This document shows positions 28,831 through 43,252 of a stretch of DNA of 64,000 nt, piece by piece. Source of the stretch: Vicugna vicugna (taxonomy: Eukaryota); assembly GCA_013265495.1 (NCBI GenBank), contig MU058463.1:620001-684000 (forward strand), read 5' to 3'. Each line of letters starts with the position of its first letter. Positions within the stretch are counted from its first letter, which is position 1. Under the pieces are notes generated by a model. The model saw only the letters and a program-made list of their open reading frames with translations. It did not search any database and was not told the origin of the DNA. The translations under genes were made by a program, and so were the position numbers.

Positions 28831-30999
28831 CTTACTATTTAAGTGATTGAGTTTCAATATTTCTCTAAGCTGTGTATTGTTGATGTTGAGTTCCAGAAAT
28901 AAGTTTAATAGACCCAAATGCTGATTTTTGAAGATATGGTTATCTTAGGAATTTATTTCATTTTATTTACATTCTTTTGAAGTCATTCAAAAGTGGTATA
29001 AAATAAATCATTCACTGATTTTCGTGTCTTATAAAAGATGTATTTGCTCTTAATATATAACTTAGCAGCTTTCATTATGATGAATATTTCCAAAGCTATA
29101 TATTTTATTTAGAAGTACTAAATAAATCTTTAACAAAGATGTCCTTGTTAAATAAAAATCTAGAAACCAAATAAATTTGCATAATACTTGATTTGTAGCC
29201 AAACAAATTGCTAAGAATTGGGGTGTAGATTCAAATAAACTACATACTATGTTTAGTATTACAATTCAGTATTCATTCATGACATGATCCATTGGCTAAA
29301 TTGTATACATTTTCGCTAACGTATCACTTGACATTATAACTCATATACTGTTAATTCTGTCACTTGGAATTTGCTAAATCATTATGTTAAAACTTAAGCA
29401 ATTCTTATTTTAATATAAACTCTCAAATTAGTACAATAATAATTTTAGAAATAGTAAACATTTTGAATTAATGTTTTGTAATTTTAATTTAATTAATAAC
29501 TATTCTGTCAATCTTACTATTTTTGATGACTTTTTTAGAATTTTAACTTGGCTTTGGCCATTTCCTAAAGGCTCTGTAATGTAAAATGTAAATATCATTG
29601 TAAATAAACATTCATTTTCATTTATTTTCCATATTTCCTACACAGTTAACTGAAAATTTTAGGGAACATAAATTATTTGACTCAAATCATGCAGAATTTT
29701 GATGTTTGCTGAATAGGAAATACAGTATAATGCAAAGTATATCTGTGATATTTATTATCAAAACATCTCAATGATCTTTTTCTCATACTTCCAAAATAAA
29801 AATAATATTCATATTGTTATGTGTCTCTGTTTAATAATAATAGATCCATTGCCTCAGGTAAACATCTTCTTCTACAAAATGTTCATCTATTAAGATTAAC
29901 AGGAATTTTTTAATAAATGCATAGAAGTCTTTCTGATATTTTCATGTGAAATGCTCAATCGACCTTTTTCTTTGGATGTATGTATTCACTAATTGGGAGA
30001 ACTGGAGAGATTCATGAAACAGGTGAAATTAGAATCCCTTTAATTAAGTGCAGTTACTAGCCTTTCACATCCTGAGCTTGAAGCTATATTATCAAACAGA
30101 CTAAATTGTAATTCTCAGATTCTGCTCTGTTTCAGTTTATAATCCCTGTGCTACTTGTTATTTTACATTCAACACAACACATGAATTTAAAATAGTATGT
30201 GGCTACAACAATTATACTCTTTTTAACACTAAGAAATACCAGTAGCTAAACTCAATTGCCCAACAGCAAGTTACCTGTCAAAGCAGTATCTCATTCACCT
30301 TGCCCTATTAACATTTTATTGCACCTAAATTTATCAAAAAGAAAGTCCTTGTTACAGTTTAGTGGATATAATTTGCTAGAAGCAAAATAATTAATAGGCT
30401 TGATCAGTGTTTTCTCATCACTATAAACACATATCTACTGAATAGATTAAATTGATGCATATACCAAAGTTGAAAATATTATGAGATTTAAGCACTTATT
30501 TTTTAACTGTGCAAAATATTTTAGAGCTCTCAGCAAAATAAAATTTTTTTGTAAAAAGATAAAAAGTAAGTTTTATTATTAATAACATTTATATTTTCTT
30601 TGGAATAATGTCTACAAATTAATATATATTTTCCATTGAGTTTTGACTTGTTTAAAATTTTTTAAAAATTTCCTGGGCTTCTTGATAACTATTAAAATCT
30701 CTAGGTACATGTCATTTTTTCTTATGTTAGGGTATAATGTAGAAACATATTTTAAAATACTGCACAATGAAGTTGAATGACCTAGTAAGCAGACTACTGA
30801 AATTTTTAAATAAAACAATGTTTACTCAGCTTACTTTAATATATTGTGTTTGATGATCTAGAAATTCCTGAATTGCTTTGGTAAGCCCACTTGGTCAAAT
30901 AATCAGTTTGATAGAAATTCTGAAGAAGAGACATAAAAAGTGTTTAACTTATTTTATCACAGAGTTCAGATCCTACTTCTCACCACGTAGGAATGCATC

Positions 31000-31232
31000 A
31001 TATTAAAAAGTCTAGAAAAGACGATACTATAGGAACAGAAAACAGACCAGTGGTTCCTGAAGCAGGGAATGGGCAGGGGAAAATTTTGTGTGGTAGTGGA
31101 GGTGTTCTAAGACTGGATTTTGTTGATGATTACCCAACTGTATGAATTTGCTAAACCTTACTCAACTGTATCATTTAAAATAGGTAAATTTTATGATATG
31201 TAACTTACACCTCAATAAAGCTGTTAAAAAAC
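31000..31232 (+). mobile_element. Old L1 3' terminus (L1MB-ME-like)
   Basis: aacagaaaacagaccagtggtt...aattttatgatatgtaacttacacctcaataaagctgttaaaaaa. Confidence 0.75.
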
Positions 31233-31542
31233 AAAGCTGTCTATACATTAAGGGTATACTATGACATGTAGTATTACTTGCCTGACCTCTTATAAAAGTC
31301 AGATGCTTTTGAGACTATTGAGAGATACTAGTAGGAAAAAGCATATTGGGTGGTCTAGTCAAGATTGGCACCACTGGCTTACAAAACTGTCCATAATACA
31401 TACTGTCATAAACTACCCTGTTCTCTGTATTTTTCATAAAGTGGCATACAGAGTTTAACACAGTTTTTCATACCTAAAACTTCCCAAATTTTTCTTTAGA
31501 TATCTATGACTCCAATCAAAATATTCCATTCCTTTAGGTGCC

Positions 31543-31719
31543 TTTTTTCTTTTTTTTTAGATTTGTTCTATTGAATTATAGTCAGTTTACAATGTGTCAG
31601 TTTCTAGTGTACAGCACAATTCTTCAGTCATACATGAATATACATATATTCATTTTCATATTCTTTTTTACTGTGAGCTACTACAAGATATTGAATATAT
31701 TTCCCTGTGCTATACAGTA
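31543..31719 (-). mobile_element. Short L1 3'UTR fragment, related to the element at 48679-49048
   Basis: T-tract followed by attgaattatagtcagtttacaatg...atttccctgtgctatacagta, the reverse complement of motifs in the 48.7-49.0 kb L1. Followed by (TTTC)n. Confidence 0.85.
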
Positions 31720-31722
31720 TTT

Positions 31723-31753
<31 letters not shown>

Positions 31754-34700
31754 TCTCCATGGTGGTTTTCTTCCTCTTAGTCCACTCTGGTCAAGCATGA
31801 ACTGAAACAGACTATTCTATAAAAGCAACTAACATCTCAACTATTTTTCTACTCAGTTCTATGCTTAATTTTATTGTTCTAATAAAATTAAGCATAATCA
31901 AGAATATAAGGAATCATTCTGAAATGTATCCAAAATTCTCATCAGTTCTAAATTACACTCTTTAACTACTATATTCAAACATTCTGATTCCACAAGTCTT
32001 ATTCTGCCAAACTCTAGTGGATGATTGCGGTGACATTGATTCCTGTCTAGAACCACATACACATATGCAGATACATATACAAACAAACAAACAAAAAACA
32101 ATAGAAAGAGACTATTTTCCTCTCTCAGGAAGATACATTTTTGTTATTCTAACATAGAAATCTGTCATGCTGCTATCTGTTCTGTCCAATGAAGTAAACA
32201 CTGCCTTGAAACAGATGTCATAATCAATATGTGATATAAGTAACGAACACTTATATGGAAGTGTGTGCATCACAGTGTGAAGAAGGAATTTGCAAGTAAA
32301 TACACATATAACGTATGAGTGTTGGTGACTGTGGGTGATTGTGATATCATGTCCTGTGTTGAGGAGTAAGTCACCAATCACAATCTGGCTGATTGTTGTC
32401 ATACAGAAATGTGTATCAAATCTTCCAATTACTTAATAGAAGGTAGAAAACTTGACGTTTCAGTATGAAATTTATTAATCTTTAAATATTGCCTAATTAT
32501 TATAAAATTGTGCTAGCAAGCCAAACACTTTAAATCTCTTCAAACAAGCTTGGCTTTTGGTGAATTGCTTGCAATATCTGATAAATTCATGCTCAGAAGC
32601 CAGAACTCCTTGCCTCCAATTGAATATATATGCATACACACACACACACAGATACATACATATGTACAATTTCAGTACCTTGTATTAACCAATAGTGTTC
32701 AATGTTTTTTTCAAGTTCCTGGATCTATTTCATTAGTAAACTCCAGATTTTCATAGAAATTAACCTGTGATAAGATTTTAATGTGTGACCTTATTGCAAG
32801 TCCCAGAGTAGCCATTTCAGATAACACAGTCTTAGCTATTTTTGTAGAAAAGGAGTTTGAAACTTTTTTCAAAATGTTTGTTGCTAACCTCTTTTCCCTT
32901 TTTAGAGACCACCTTTGAACTCCTAAAAAAGTATTTCTACACGAATATTTAAAAAAATTGCTAAGTGAGAACTGTACCTAAGTTATCTGAGACATTTAGT
33001 TTTTCATATAAATTAACATTTTAATTATAACATCCAATCCCTAACAACACATTTCCCTAAACATGTCTGAGCTAAACAATATATCCAGAATTGCCTACAT
33101 GGTATTTAACAGTGTAATAAGAGACACCGTGATACCCATTTGAAATACTTATACTGTATCTTTGCAAATCTTAGATACAATGGATAGCTTTGTTAATCAT
33201 GTTCATAGCTCACCTCTAGCCTGATGATTGCTTAGTAAAACAATGATGTTCTGTATCGTTTAAAGATTACATGCAACAAATGGAACTGCAGTGGTCTAAT
33301 GAAATAAGGTTATTTTGATCACATAATGAGAACTCCATTGTAAGTTATGAAGTCTGTACCAGGATGCCATTATTATCTCAGCCTGCTCCTTCCTTTCTTC
33401 CCCTCCTTCCTCTCTCCATCCTTTTCTTCCTCCTCTTCCTTCCTTCCTTCCTTGCTTGTCTTTACTGTAGATCTTTATCTCCAGTTGCTTCACAATCTGA
33501 CATATCTCTTAAATCCATATCTGTTTTTCAAATAATAAGAATAAATAAGCAAGGAGATGATAGGTAAATACCCTGTCAGGAAAGCTAAACACCTGGGGAC
33601 ACCCAAAGGATTTGTGCTGATTTTTCCTGGTAAAACTGTAAGACTTGGCCACACCTATCTCAATCAGCCTAGGAAATTTAGTTTCTGGTTTTTATTTTCA
33701 TATGGATACATCCCCAACATAAACACAATAGTAGATATTCATTAGGAAGAAAGAAGAAAGAAGATATTGGATAGCAACTATCTCTATGCATGTCCAAATC
33801 CTAGTTTGTGACCCCCAAATTCTAACTTGCATAAAAATGAAAACTCAATTCCTGGGTCTCTGCGTAGTGTTGAAAACAAAACAAAACAAAACAAAATGAA
33901 AGGCGTCAGATTTCAGAATCCTTGAACAATGATTAGTTTAGTTGTCTAGTGCATGATGATAACTAGTAATCTTTTTAGGTTCTTCACATATGCTCAAGTT
34001 TTTCCACTTATGCCATCTGCTAAAAGATACACACACACACAACATCCCCTTCTTCATCCAAATTACTGCCACAACACTATGATGATAACTTACTTTCCCT
34101 CCTTCTACTTCATCACACATCCCCACTGACTCTGAAATCCTTTTTGCTATGTTTATTCTTTTGCAAAATGTAGCTGGACCTCTTACTCTGACAGTTACAC
34201 TATTTGAGAAAAAGTATCCTACGATTATTATACATAGAGTCTTCTCTTAATTAAACGCTGATTATTATTTTGGCCCAGATCCTATCTCAGTAATTTAAAA
34301 AGTTAAAAAAAAAATAAAAATAAAAAAAAATAAAATACTAGAACTTAAGGAAAAAATGTGTGTATGTGGCAAGGGGATAATGTAAAGGGAATGGAGTTTG
34401 GTGTTTGCTGGTTAGAGAATCCATTTAAATTTCATAGTATGGATATAGAATCCTCCTGGGAAGGATTATAGTAATTCTTCTGGGAATTATCTCCCAGGAC
34501 AGGGAGACACCTGTTTAGGGATTCATGTCATAAGAAACGCATGAAGCTTCTTTAAATATGAAGTATGATTATTGGCAATATATTTAAATAGTTCATTGTT
34601 AAATCAGCAATCTTTTACTTTGGATATCTGTGGAAATATTTTTACTGTAATTCCTTGTATCTTTGCCGTTGGCCTTCAATTTTACAACTGATTTCTCTGT

Positions 34701-35509
34701 TTTTAAATTTACTATTATTTTCCCTGCACTGTCTTTATAAAAGTGATAGAATCAATTCCAGGAAAAGTCTACTTCTCATGTTTTGTTGGGGCTGATATAA
34801 AAAAATATATGATTTTACCAGATACTTTTTATCCAAGCTTATTTATATCCCCACTGTGTGTTTTCAATTCGAACTTGTTTCTTTGTCCCACATTCTTCAT
34901 CACTATCTATTTTGATTCTTTTATTTAATAGAATTGTCCTTATTTCTGCATACAATTTACATTTTTGGCAAAGGGCAGACATAAGCACATACATAGATAT
35001 GAGTGTATATACATTGATGCATTACTGCTTACTCATTGAGTTTTATGCAAACTGGAATATATGTTCAATAAAAGTAATCAAGTATATGGTAATATGGTAA
35101 AGTGAAATTTAATATATTTGTAAAAGATTTAAATAATAAATGATTTAAATTCATGAAACAATATTTATTTTGTAAATATAAAAATAAATTATTTTTGCTT
35201 ATGTTCTTTATACCAACTAATATTTAGGAGCTATGAACTGAGTGAAAATCTACAACTCAAAGACTGTTTTATGAAGTTGATATCATATTTATGGAGCCCT
35301 AATGGTTCTTATCTATTCACAAAATAAATAAAAACAATAGGCATTTTCCATAATTTTAGACATGCTAGAATAAATTTTTGTTGTTTTGAGTTGAAAATAA
35401 AATTAAGTTAGGTAAGATTATAATTTTCTATTAGATTAATTCATTTTTGAGACAGACTATAAAATTTATATTACATAATATACTATTATAAGTTTACATA
35501 AAAGATTAT

Positions 35510-35935
35510 GGGATGTAACATATGAGATTAGGTTACAAAGAGATTCTGGCTTCCATCTTGTGTGCTGTCACTGTCTCTCTCACTTGTTCTGGGTGGAAAT
35601 TATCTACCATGATGAGGTTGCCCTATGCAGAGATCCAAGTGGCAATGGCAGCCTCTGGCTAACAACTGGTTAGGAAATGAAGTCCTCAGTGTCACAGCCA
35701 TAAAAAACTGGATGTTGATAATAGCCATGGAAATAAGTTTGGATGCCCTTCCAGTTGAACCTTCAGATGATACTCCATCCCTGTCTAGAGCCTTGTGAGA
35801 AAGCTTGAAACATAGGTACCTAGAATTGTCATGGCCAGATTCTTGACCTATGAAACCTATGAGATAATAAATGCTTGTTGGTTAAAAAACAAATATTTGA
35901 GGTAATTTTCTACACAACAATAGGTAACTAATACA
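35510..35935 (+). mobile_element. MaLR LTR (MLT1E/F-like)
   Basis: Ends gagataataaatgcttgttgg...ggtaattttctacacaacaataggtaactaataca. Internal motif cagcctctggctaacaactggttaggaaatgaagtcctcag. Confidence 0.85.
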
Positions 35936-38900
35936 AGTTCTTAACTTATATTCCTATTAGGGTTTACCAGAAGTATCACATGATGCCTTATATAGCTCAG
36001 ATACTCTCAGATCAATCGTATCTGTGGGCTGATAAGGCTCAAAGAACAAAGTGACCTGAACTACAGTCTGGAACTGCAATAGAATCATTTTAAAGGGAAC
36101 TTTTAGTTTATTGTTGTATATAAAATTAATTTCAAATGGGTTGTTACAATTTTATGTTTAGATTTTATTTGTTAATATTTTAGAAATTAAAAAAAAATTG
36201 TCCTTCTTGCATGTAACAGCAATACTAATATCTGTGGGAGAAGCAAGAAAAAATTATTGAAAGGCAGCTTATGTCAAGAAACTTTACAATTTTAGAATTG
36301 TAATATGTTAGTCACACCAAAGAAAAGAAAAAGGATGATATATTCATGGTAAATTAATTAACAGTTATTGAATTAATAATTGATAATGTTTTATTTGTGG
36401 TTAAATTGGTAGAATTGCACTGACAAAAGGGCTGAAGTTATGTTGGCTATAAAGGGAATTTATTTGACTGTTTTATAGCAGCAAATTCATAGAAAGTAAT
36501 CAAACTTTTTCTACTTTACCATTTTTTCTTTGTATTCTTGGTTTTTGAAGTTTGTAGGATTATAAAAATTAACTTACTTACTTTATAAAAAGTAACTCAG
36601 CTGCTTACAATTAACACAGTCCAAAAGATTTGTCTATAAATTTTATATCTTCTCCTTTAAAAGAAAGTAACAAATAGAGTTTTTATACTTTGAACCATAT
36701 CACTACATCTCTGTTTCAAGATGAATGCTTTATTCTGTCATTAATGTATTCATTTCTTCATTCTTTCATAAAACATTTAGTGCCTGATCACTCACTTATT
36801 TTCAGACTCAGTATTTTTCTTGAAAATTACAAAAGAATAAGATATTATCCATACTCTAAATATTCCATACTGCAAATCAGCTACTTAATTTCAGTACTAT
36901 TAACAGGAGGAGGACAAAGAGAGAGAACTCAAACTTTTCCAGGCATCCTGTTCAGAGACTTATAAACATTATTTTATGTACTTTTCATAAATAAGTGATG
37001 TATTACTGTTGTAAATATATAGATGAAGAAAATTTTTAAAAAAGGAGACAACTTTTCTCAAATCACAAAGCTAGTAAGTTGTGAACCTGAAATTTGATAG
37101 CACATCCACTTAATGGCAAAATGAGCCACTGAGCAAGAAAGGCCATGTTCACAAAGCTGCATATACTCTCATTCTATTTTCTTTCTCTTTTTATCTATTT
37201 GATCTTATATTAAATAATCCACGAATTCTTTTAAACCGTACATGATCTTTAACATCCTTTTTTACGGAGCTCTGTAGTTATTAGTTATAGCCTTTAACCT
37301 TGATAACACTCATTAATATATTATTATTTATATTTTAACCTACATATTATGAATTTTGTATATATTCTGACTCAGCATAGTGTGAGATACTTCAGCGTTC
37401 TTGTGCCTAATTATATTAACTAGGGTATAGGAGTAGTCTTTAAAAAACACCCGACAATCACAAAAAGTACAACTGCTTTTAAAGAATTACTGCAAAAAGA
37501 ACCACATGTTGAAAGTAATCCTAATAATGTGATGGAAGACTTAAAATGAGAAAATGGCAGCTTTTAAACTTTTCTACCTAATTAAATTTATCATCAGCTA
37601 TCATGAGGCTTAATTAATGATGTTATAATAGGCTCAGAGGAGAAATTAGGCATCAATTTAGAATTCATGAAGAAGGGTATTTAAATGTGGATTTATATCC
37701 AATATCTTTAACAATGAAAGTCTTCTGTAAGGTATGTTTCTTGGAAAAGAGCTAGGATTAGAGGACTAGGGCTAGTGCTTTTGAAAAACTGTAACAAGTC
37801 ATTCTTTGTTGGTACCAATTATGGGATGAAGGGCAGGAGCAGCCAAAGATCTCTTTCAAGTATCTGTTGTGATTTGAATTTGGTAGGTAAGAATTGAACT
37901 CCTTGATAGAATAGTACAGAGGCTGGCATATTTTATGTTAGTCTTATTGGTGCCTGGATCTAGGGTCTCTTAAGAGCAACATAAAGTTTTGCTTTTATTT
38001 GTTCTATTTCCTCTGGTGTAAAACTTTTCTCTTTCAGTTGGAAGATTTAGTCTATTCGTGCTTACTGAAATTGCTATTGTATTTAGTTTTAAGTCTATCA
38101 TCTTTCTATTTATCTCACCTCTTCTGTTTTCTGTTTACTTTTTCTTCTTATAGATTAGTCTAGCATTTTTATTCACTAATTTTTATTCATTAATCTCTCC
38201 CTTTTATTAGCTTAGTAGTTACATATTATTTTCTTACTTCTATTCTTTCTAGAATCACAATACTCATATAAAACTTATGTAAATATTCCTTAGAATTATA
38301 ATCTCAAAAAAACATGGACCATACTACTACATAAATTGTCAAGCTCTTCCTAAAGTAATCTATGAGGAAATTATGATTCCTATTCATATTGTCTAGATTT
38401 TATCACAATTTTATTTACATTTGATAATGTGTAACTATTCATTAGCATGAATACTTCAGGTTAGGAATGAAGAAGAACTCGAGGGCTGGATCATTGCCTT
38501 CACTTCTTGAAGGCTTAAAATTCACCATATATGAGTAGATCAGCCTGACCTTATTAAAATAGGTCACAGAAAGACCTCCAACAACCAATTATGTGCTTCC
38601 ATTCTGTATAATGATTTAAAAAGAAGAAAAACAGTTATTGGTTACTGGCTTCATACAATTTTTCAGGACTTCTGTAAAGAACATCAAATCAGTTAGCACA
38701 CTTACTTCTCACAAAAGCTCTAGAAACTAAATAGATTATCCTCTTTAGATATATGAGGAAACAGAGCCACTGAGAGTGAGTTTCAGGTCACACAGCTGGT
38801 AAAATGGTGATAATTCAAAATCAGACAGTCTGGCTTAAACTCATGGTCTAAACTACCACATTAAACAACCTGGCTAAACTCCCTCCTAAATTGTCTAATT

Positions 38901-41489
38901 AACTATTTAGAATATAAAGGCAATGTGTGAAGTCACCTAACAGTCTGTTTGTCTGAACATAAACATCTCTGCCTTATGGTGTATTAGTTTGGATTCTTAA
39001 TGACAAGCAAGAGAAATGCACTCTATTAACATGAGAAAGTGATAATTTGAGAAGCTATATAATATCTTAAAGAATTTAAGTATAATTTGAAGAACATTGT
39101 TTCAGGAATGACAAGAACCAGGGCATCAGTACGGTCTAATTAACAAACACTAATGAATTCCTTTAGAGCATACACAGCCATCCACTTCCTGTTTTTGTGT
39201 CATTACTCAAAATTCAAATTTCAATAAGAAATCATATGATTGACCTATCTTGAGTCAAATGTAAGCAGTTCATTGTTGCAATAGCAAGATCATGTCCATG
39301 AGAGAAATCTTATTTTCCAAAGTAATTTTACTGATGCTATTTCCAGAAAGGTGAAAAACAGATATTTGGGAGGCAGATGTACCTAGGATTCATTTCCTAA
39401 AGCAAATGTTTCTGCACAGAGTTTGAAGAGCTCTTTGACTTTAGTTGTGTGCCATATATAGTGATTATCACCCAAAGTACTTGACTTGTTGGGTCAACTA
39501 CAATGTACTTTCCTTATTAGATAATTTTTTTAAAATATAACAACATAATTGGCACTGGTTTTCTAATATTTCTGGATCCCCTACAATCTACTTTATTATT
39601 GGTTAGTTATACATAGTAAAAATAAAACAGTTATTAAATATATGTCTTCATTTACTATTTTACTTAATATTTTCTATAAGTCATATCCCTCCCGTTAGAC
39701 CTTTAGTGGAATAAATTCTAAAAAGTCACAGAAGGGATTTATTTCTATAAGTTAGTTAAGAGCTTTTGAAATATTTTTAATAAATTATAATAATATGCAG
39801 TGTGAGCTTCATGACCTGGAATTATAAAACAAAAAAAGACACATTCATTTCTGTGTAAGTAATAAGTTAATTGTTTACTAATATTTTTTAAATCATATCA
39901 TTTTACAGTACTCAAGAATAATGAGATCATAGGAATTTAAGATGTATACAAACTTTCATGAAGCAAATTTTAATGCAACTTCAATATTATTTTAGTAATT
40001 CTCATTATAATTTATCTTTCCAAATAGGAAATGTTTGAGTGTGAAAAGGGATGCAATTAATAATTATACTCAGGTCACATATGCAAACCAGTACTGTTGC
40101 AGGAAAATTGGGGAAAAAAAAAAAACCTTGTCCCTCATCTTATACTGTGTTTCTTTACTCAGCAAAGATTTCAACATAAATTATTCTTTATTGGCCTTAA
40201 AAGAGGATAAGATTTTTATAAGTCATAGGAAGAGATTTGAAATAGAGGATTGTGAAAGGCAAAAATTCTGAAATTAAAAAGAATATTGGCATATTCAGAG
40301 AATAGAGAGCATTATCAAGGCTAAAAATAGAAAGACAGTGATAGTAATAGAATTAGTGTTGGGGAATAGAAGGAAACTAATATAAGAAGCTGGTGTTTGA
40401 TTCTGGCTGCCTTGGACAGTTCTTCTGTCTCTTATGATCTGTTTAGGAACTGTCATGTTTGGTAATATTCTTCATTTCCTTCTGTATGTATCAGTTCACC
40501 AAGTAAAATTTTAGAACCCTTTTGTCAAAGACAAATATATGTTCTATTAGGCATTTGATGTATGATTTATATTGATTTAGTATCTGTGTTATCTATTAAT
40601 GTTATACGATAGGAATCTACAAGAGGCTAAACAGACTCAAGTGTATTCTTGGTGACAACATTTTGAGAAACCTTGGAGAAAAAGTTTGGAGTGTGTCCAT
40701 CCCTAAGTGTTAAGCAAAGATACTCACTGTATATTTGTTCTTCACATTATCTCTTTCCACAGCTTTCAATGGGAAGTTAGTTGTTAAGTCAGTGAGGGGA
40801 AGAAAAACACAAAAGTGATTGAAAGGTGTTTTATGAGAGGAGATAATGTCAACTCAACTTCACTTTTTAAAAATTGTTCGCCTTTGAATTGGTCCCTGAG
40901 ATCTGTCTCCTAAAAATCTAACAGTCAACAGAAATAGTAAAGGGACACCTGAGTATCAGTACCAGTGGGTTGCCCAGAGCAAAAGGAACATGAATTATAG
41001 TAATAATGATAGTTTGAGATACATTTGAACATTTAAACGTAGGAAAACTTATAGGGAATCTTATTCCACATTTAAAGAATTTTGAAAATATCAGTGGATA
41101 CCTGGACACCTGTAAGAGGTCTCTGATAGAATGATAGGAGGAAAATTACACTTAAAGAATATCAATTTGACAGCAGTGCAATAGGTAGATTGAGAAGCAG
41201 AGAGTTGAAGGCCAAATGAAGAATTAGAAGGTTAGTCATACAGTGAATCATTTTAAACTGTTGTTTTAGAGGATGAAAAAATGTTCAAATATTGGCACCT
41301 TCCTATGGTTAAACCTAATGGTATTCCAGATATGATGTAATAAGGTACTAAAGTGGTCTTAGTGAAAGGGAATAAAATAAGAGAGACAGATGTAAAATTA
41401 TTGCCAATTTCAAGGATGTAATTTCAGTGAAGTAACAGAATATGATTCAAACTGCTTTTTGGACCATCCTCGGTATGAATAGAAGATTT

Positions 41490-41740
41490 AAAAAATAGTT
41501 ACTATTTATTAAGTGTTAAGCCCTACACTACCCTGTGTATTACATGGATGAGTTTGTACAGTTATCATTACAACCATAAGAGGTAGGTATTATTATCATA
41601 CTCATTCAGAAAATTAGGAAAAAGAGGGAAAGAAAGTATTTCTAACCTGCCAAGGTAACACAGCTAGTAAGACATGGGGCCAGGATTTGAATCCCAGGTG
41701 AATCTATAGTTCACCCTTTGAATTGCTAAAGTATACTGGA
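41490..41740 (-). mobile_element. MIR SINE
   Basis: actatttattaagtg...caaccataagaggtaggtattattatcatactcattcagaaaattaggaaa...ctgccaaggtaacacagctagtaag...ggggccaggatttgaatcccagg. Confidence 0.75.
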
Positions 41741-42960
41741 ATAATAAGTTAGTCTCCAAATCATCTACTACACATACAGTAATAAGTGCATGCTTTTTGC
41801 AATTAAAAAAATTAAGACCTAGACTGTATAAAATTGGGAAGTGGACAAAAAAATGTCAGCAAATCATTCTAGGACAAAATTCTCAAATCTTACAGTGAAG
41901 ATGACTGACATCCTGTTGTAAATTCTACCCCTTAATATTGGACTTTACTAACTGTAAAATAAATCTTTGTAAAGTATGTTCATGTTACAATGATTACACC
42001 TCTTTTAATGGACATTCTACTTATGCTCATGTCCATTTTTTATGCTGAATTAATAATTATTTGAGAAGCATAAACCACATAGATGAGGTTAGCTCCATCA
42101 TACACCTGAGGAATCTTTGCCTCTCTTCACAGTAAGCATCTTATCTATTAAGCAGGATAAAAAGGAAACCTAACATATAGGAATGGGTACATCTCAATAA
42201 ACTATTTCTTAATTATTTTGTGACAATAAATTTTCTTTTAAAATCTAGTGTCTAAATTTAGTTTCTAATGAAAATGGCACCTTATATGATAATTCATAAA
42301 CATGAGATCTTCATTGTACATTAATACTGACTGTTTTTCCAATTCCACAGATGGTTATCGTTTGTATTTTTCTTCCAATTTTATGTTTTATTGAAAAATC
42401 AATATGGTCATTTGTCAAAACATTAATAATGTCATCAAGTCATGCATATTTCCATTTAAGTTATATAGATCACACAAGGGTCTTTAATTTTGATAATAGC
42501 AAACTGAAGGTTTCAATAATTTAACCCAAGAGAGATTATCATCAAGTTGTTGATAATAAACAGAATGATTTTGTGTATAAATGTTATGATAAGTGTAATA
42601 ATAGTCCAGTTATACATTTCAATGAGATTGGAAAGAATAAAATGATAAAATAAAGTTTATTTTTTAATCTCCTTGCTAAAAGACTTAGAAATATCCAGCA
42701 AAATAAAGGGTTATGTTACTAAAAAGGATGGAGGGAAACAGGTAATGGAGAAAACTATTAGTCCCAACCACAATTGTAGTGCAATATAGAGAAAACTTAA
42801 TAGATTCATAAATTTGTATGTTTCAAACAATATAACACCTCAGTGATTCTCACTCTCCTCTCCTATTCTCTGCCTTCTCTGTCTCTGTTTCTCTTTTTCT
42901 GTTTCTTTTTGTCTCCATCCCTGTCTTTCTCTTTCTCTCTCTGGCTGTCTTCTCTCTCTT

Positions 42961-43252
42961 ACACGTATATAATATATGTACAATGTAACTGAACATTTAA
43001 AAAAATGTAATGATAATTTGATAAAAATATGTTTGGTCTTACTGACAACCTTAGTACATCTGTTATTGGTTTTCTATTCAGAAACCATTAAAACACGTAT
43101 ATAATATATGTACAATGTAACTGAACATTTTAAAAAATGTAATGATAATTTGATAAAAATATGTTTGGTCTTTTTTTTTTTTTTTTTTATATGTTTGGTC
43201 TTACTAACAACCTTAGTACATCTGTTATTGGTTTTCTATTCAGAAACCATTA
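42961..43252. repeat. 130-bp tandem duplication (42961-43090 and 43093-43252); copy 2 carries a 30-bp insertion
   Basis: Direct comparison shows 2 substitutions, plus an extra T16 and a duplicated 14-mer in copy 2. Confidence 0.95.

Noticed and set aside
42961..43252. CRISPR-like or other prokaryotic repeat system
   Set aside because: Only two long copies with no spacers, in clearly mammalian DNA.
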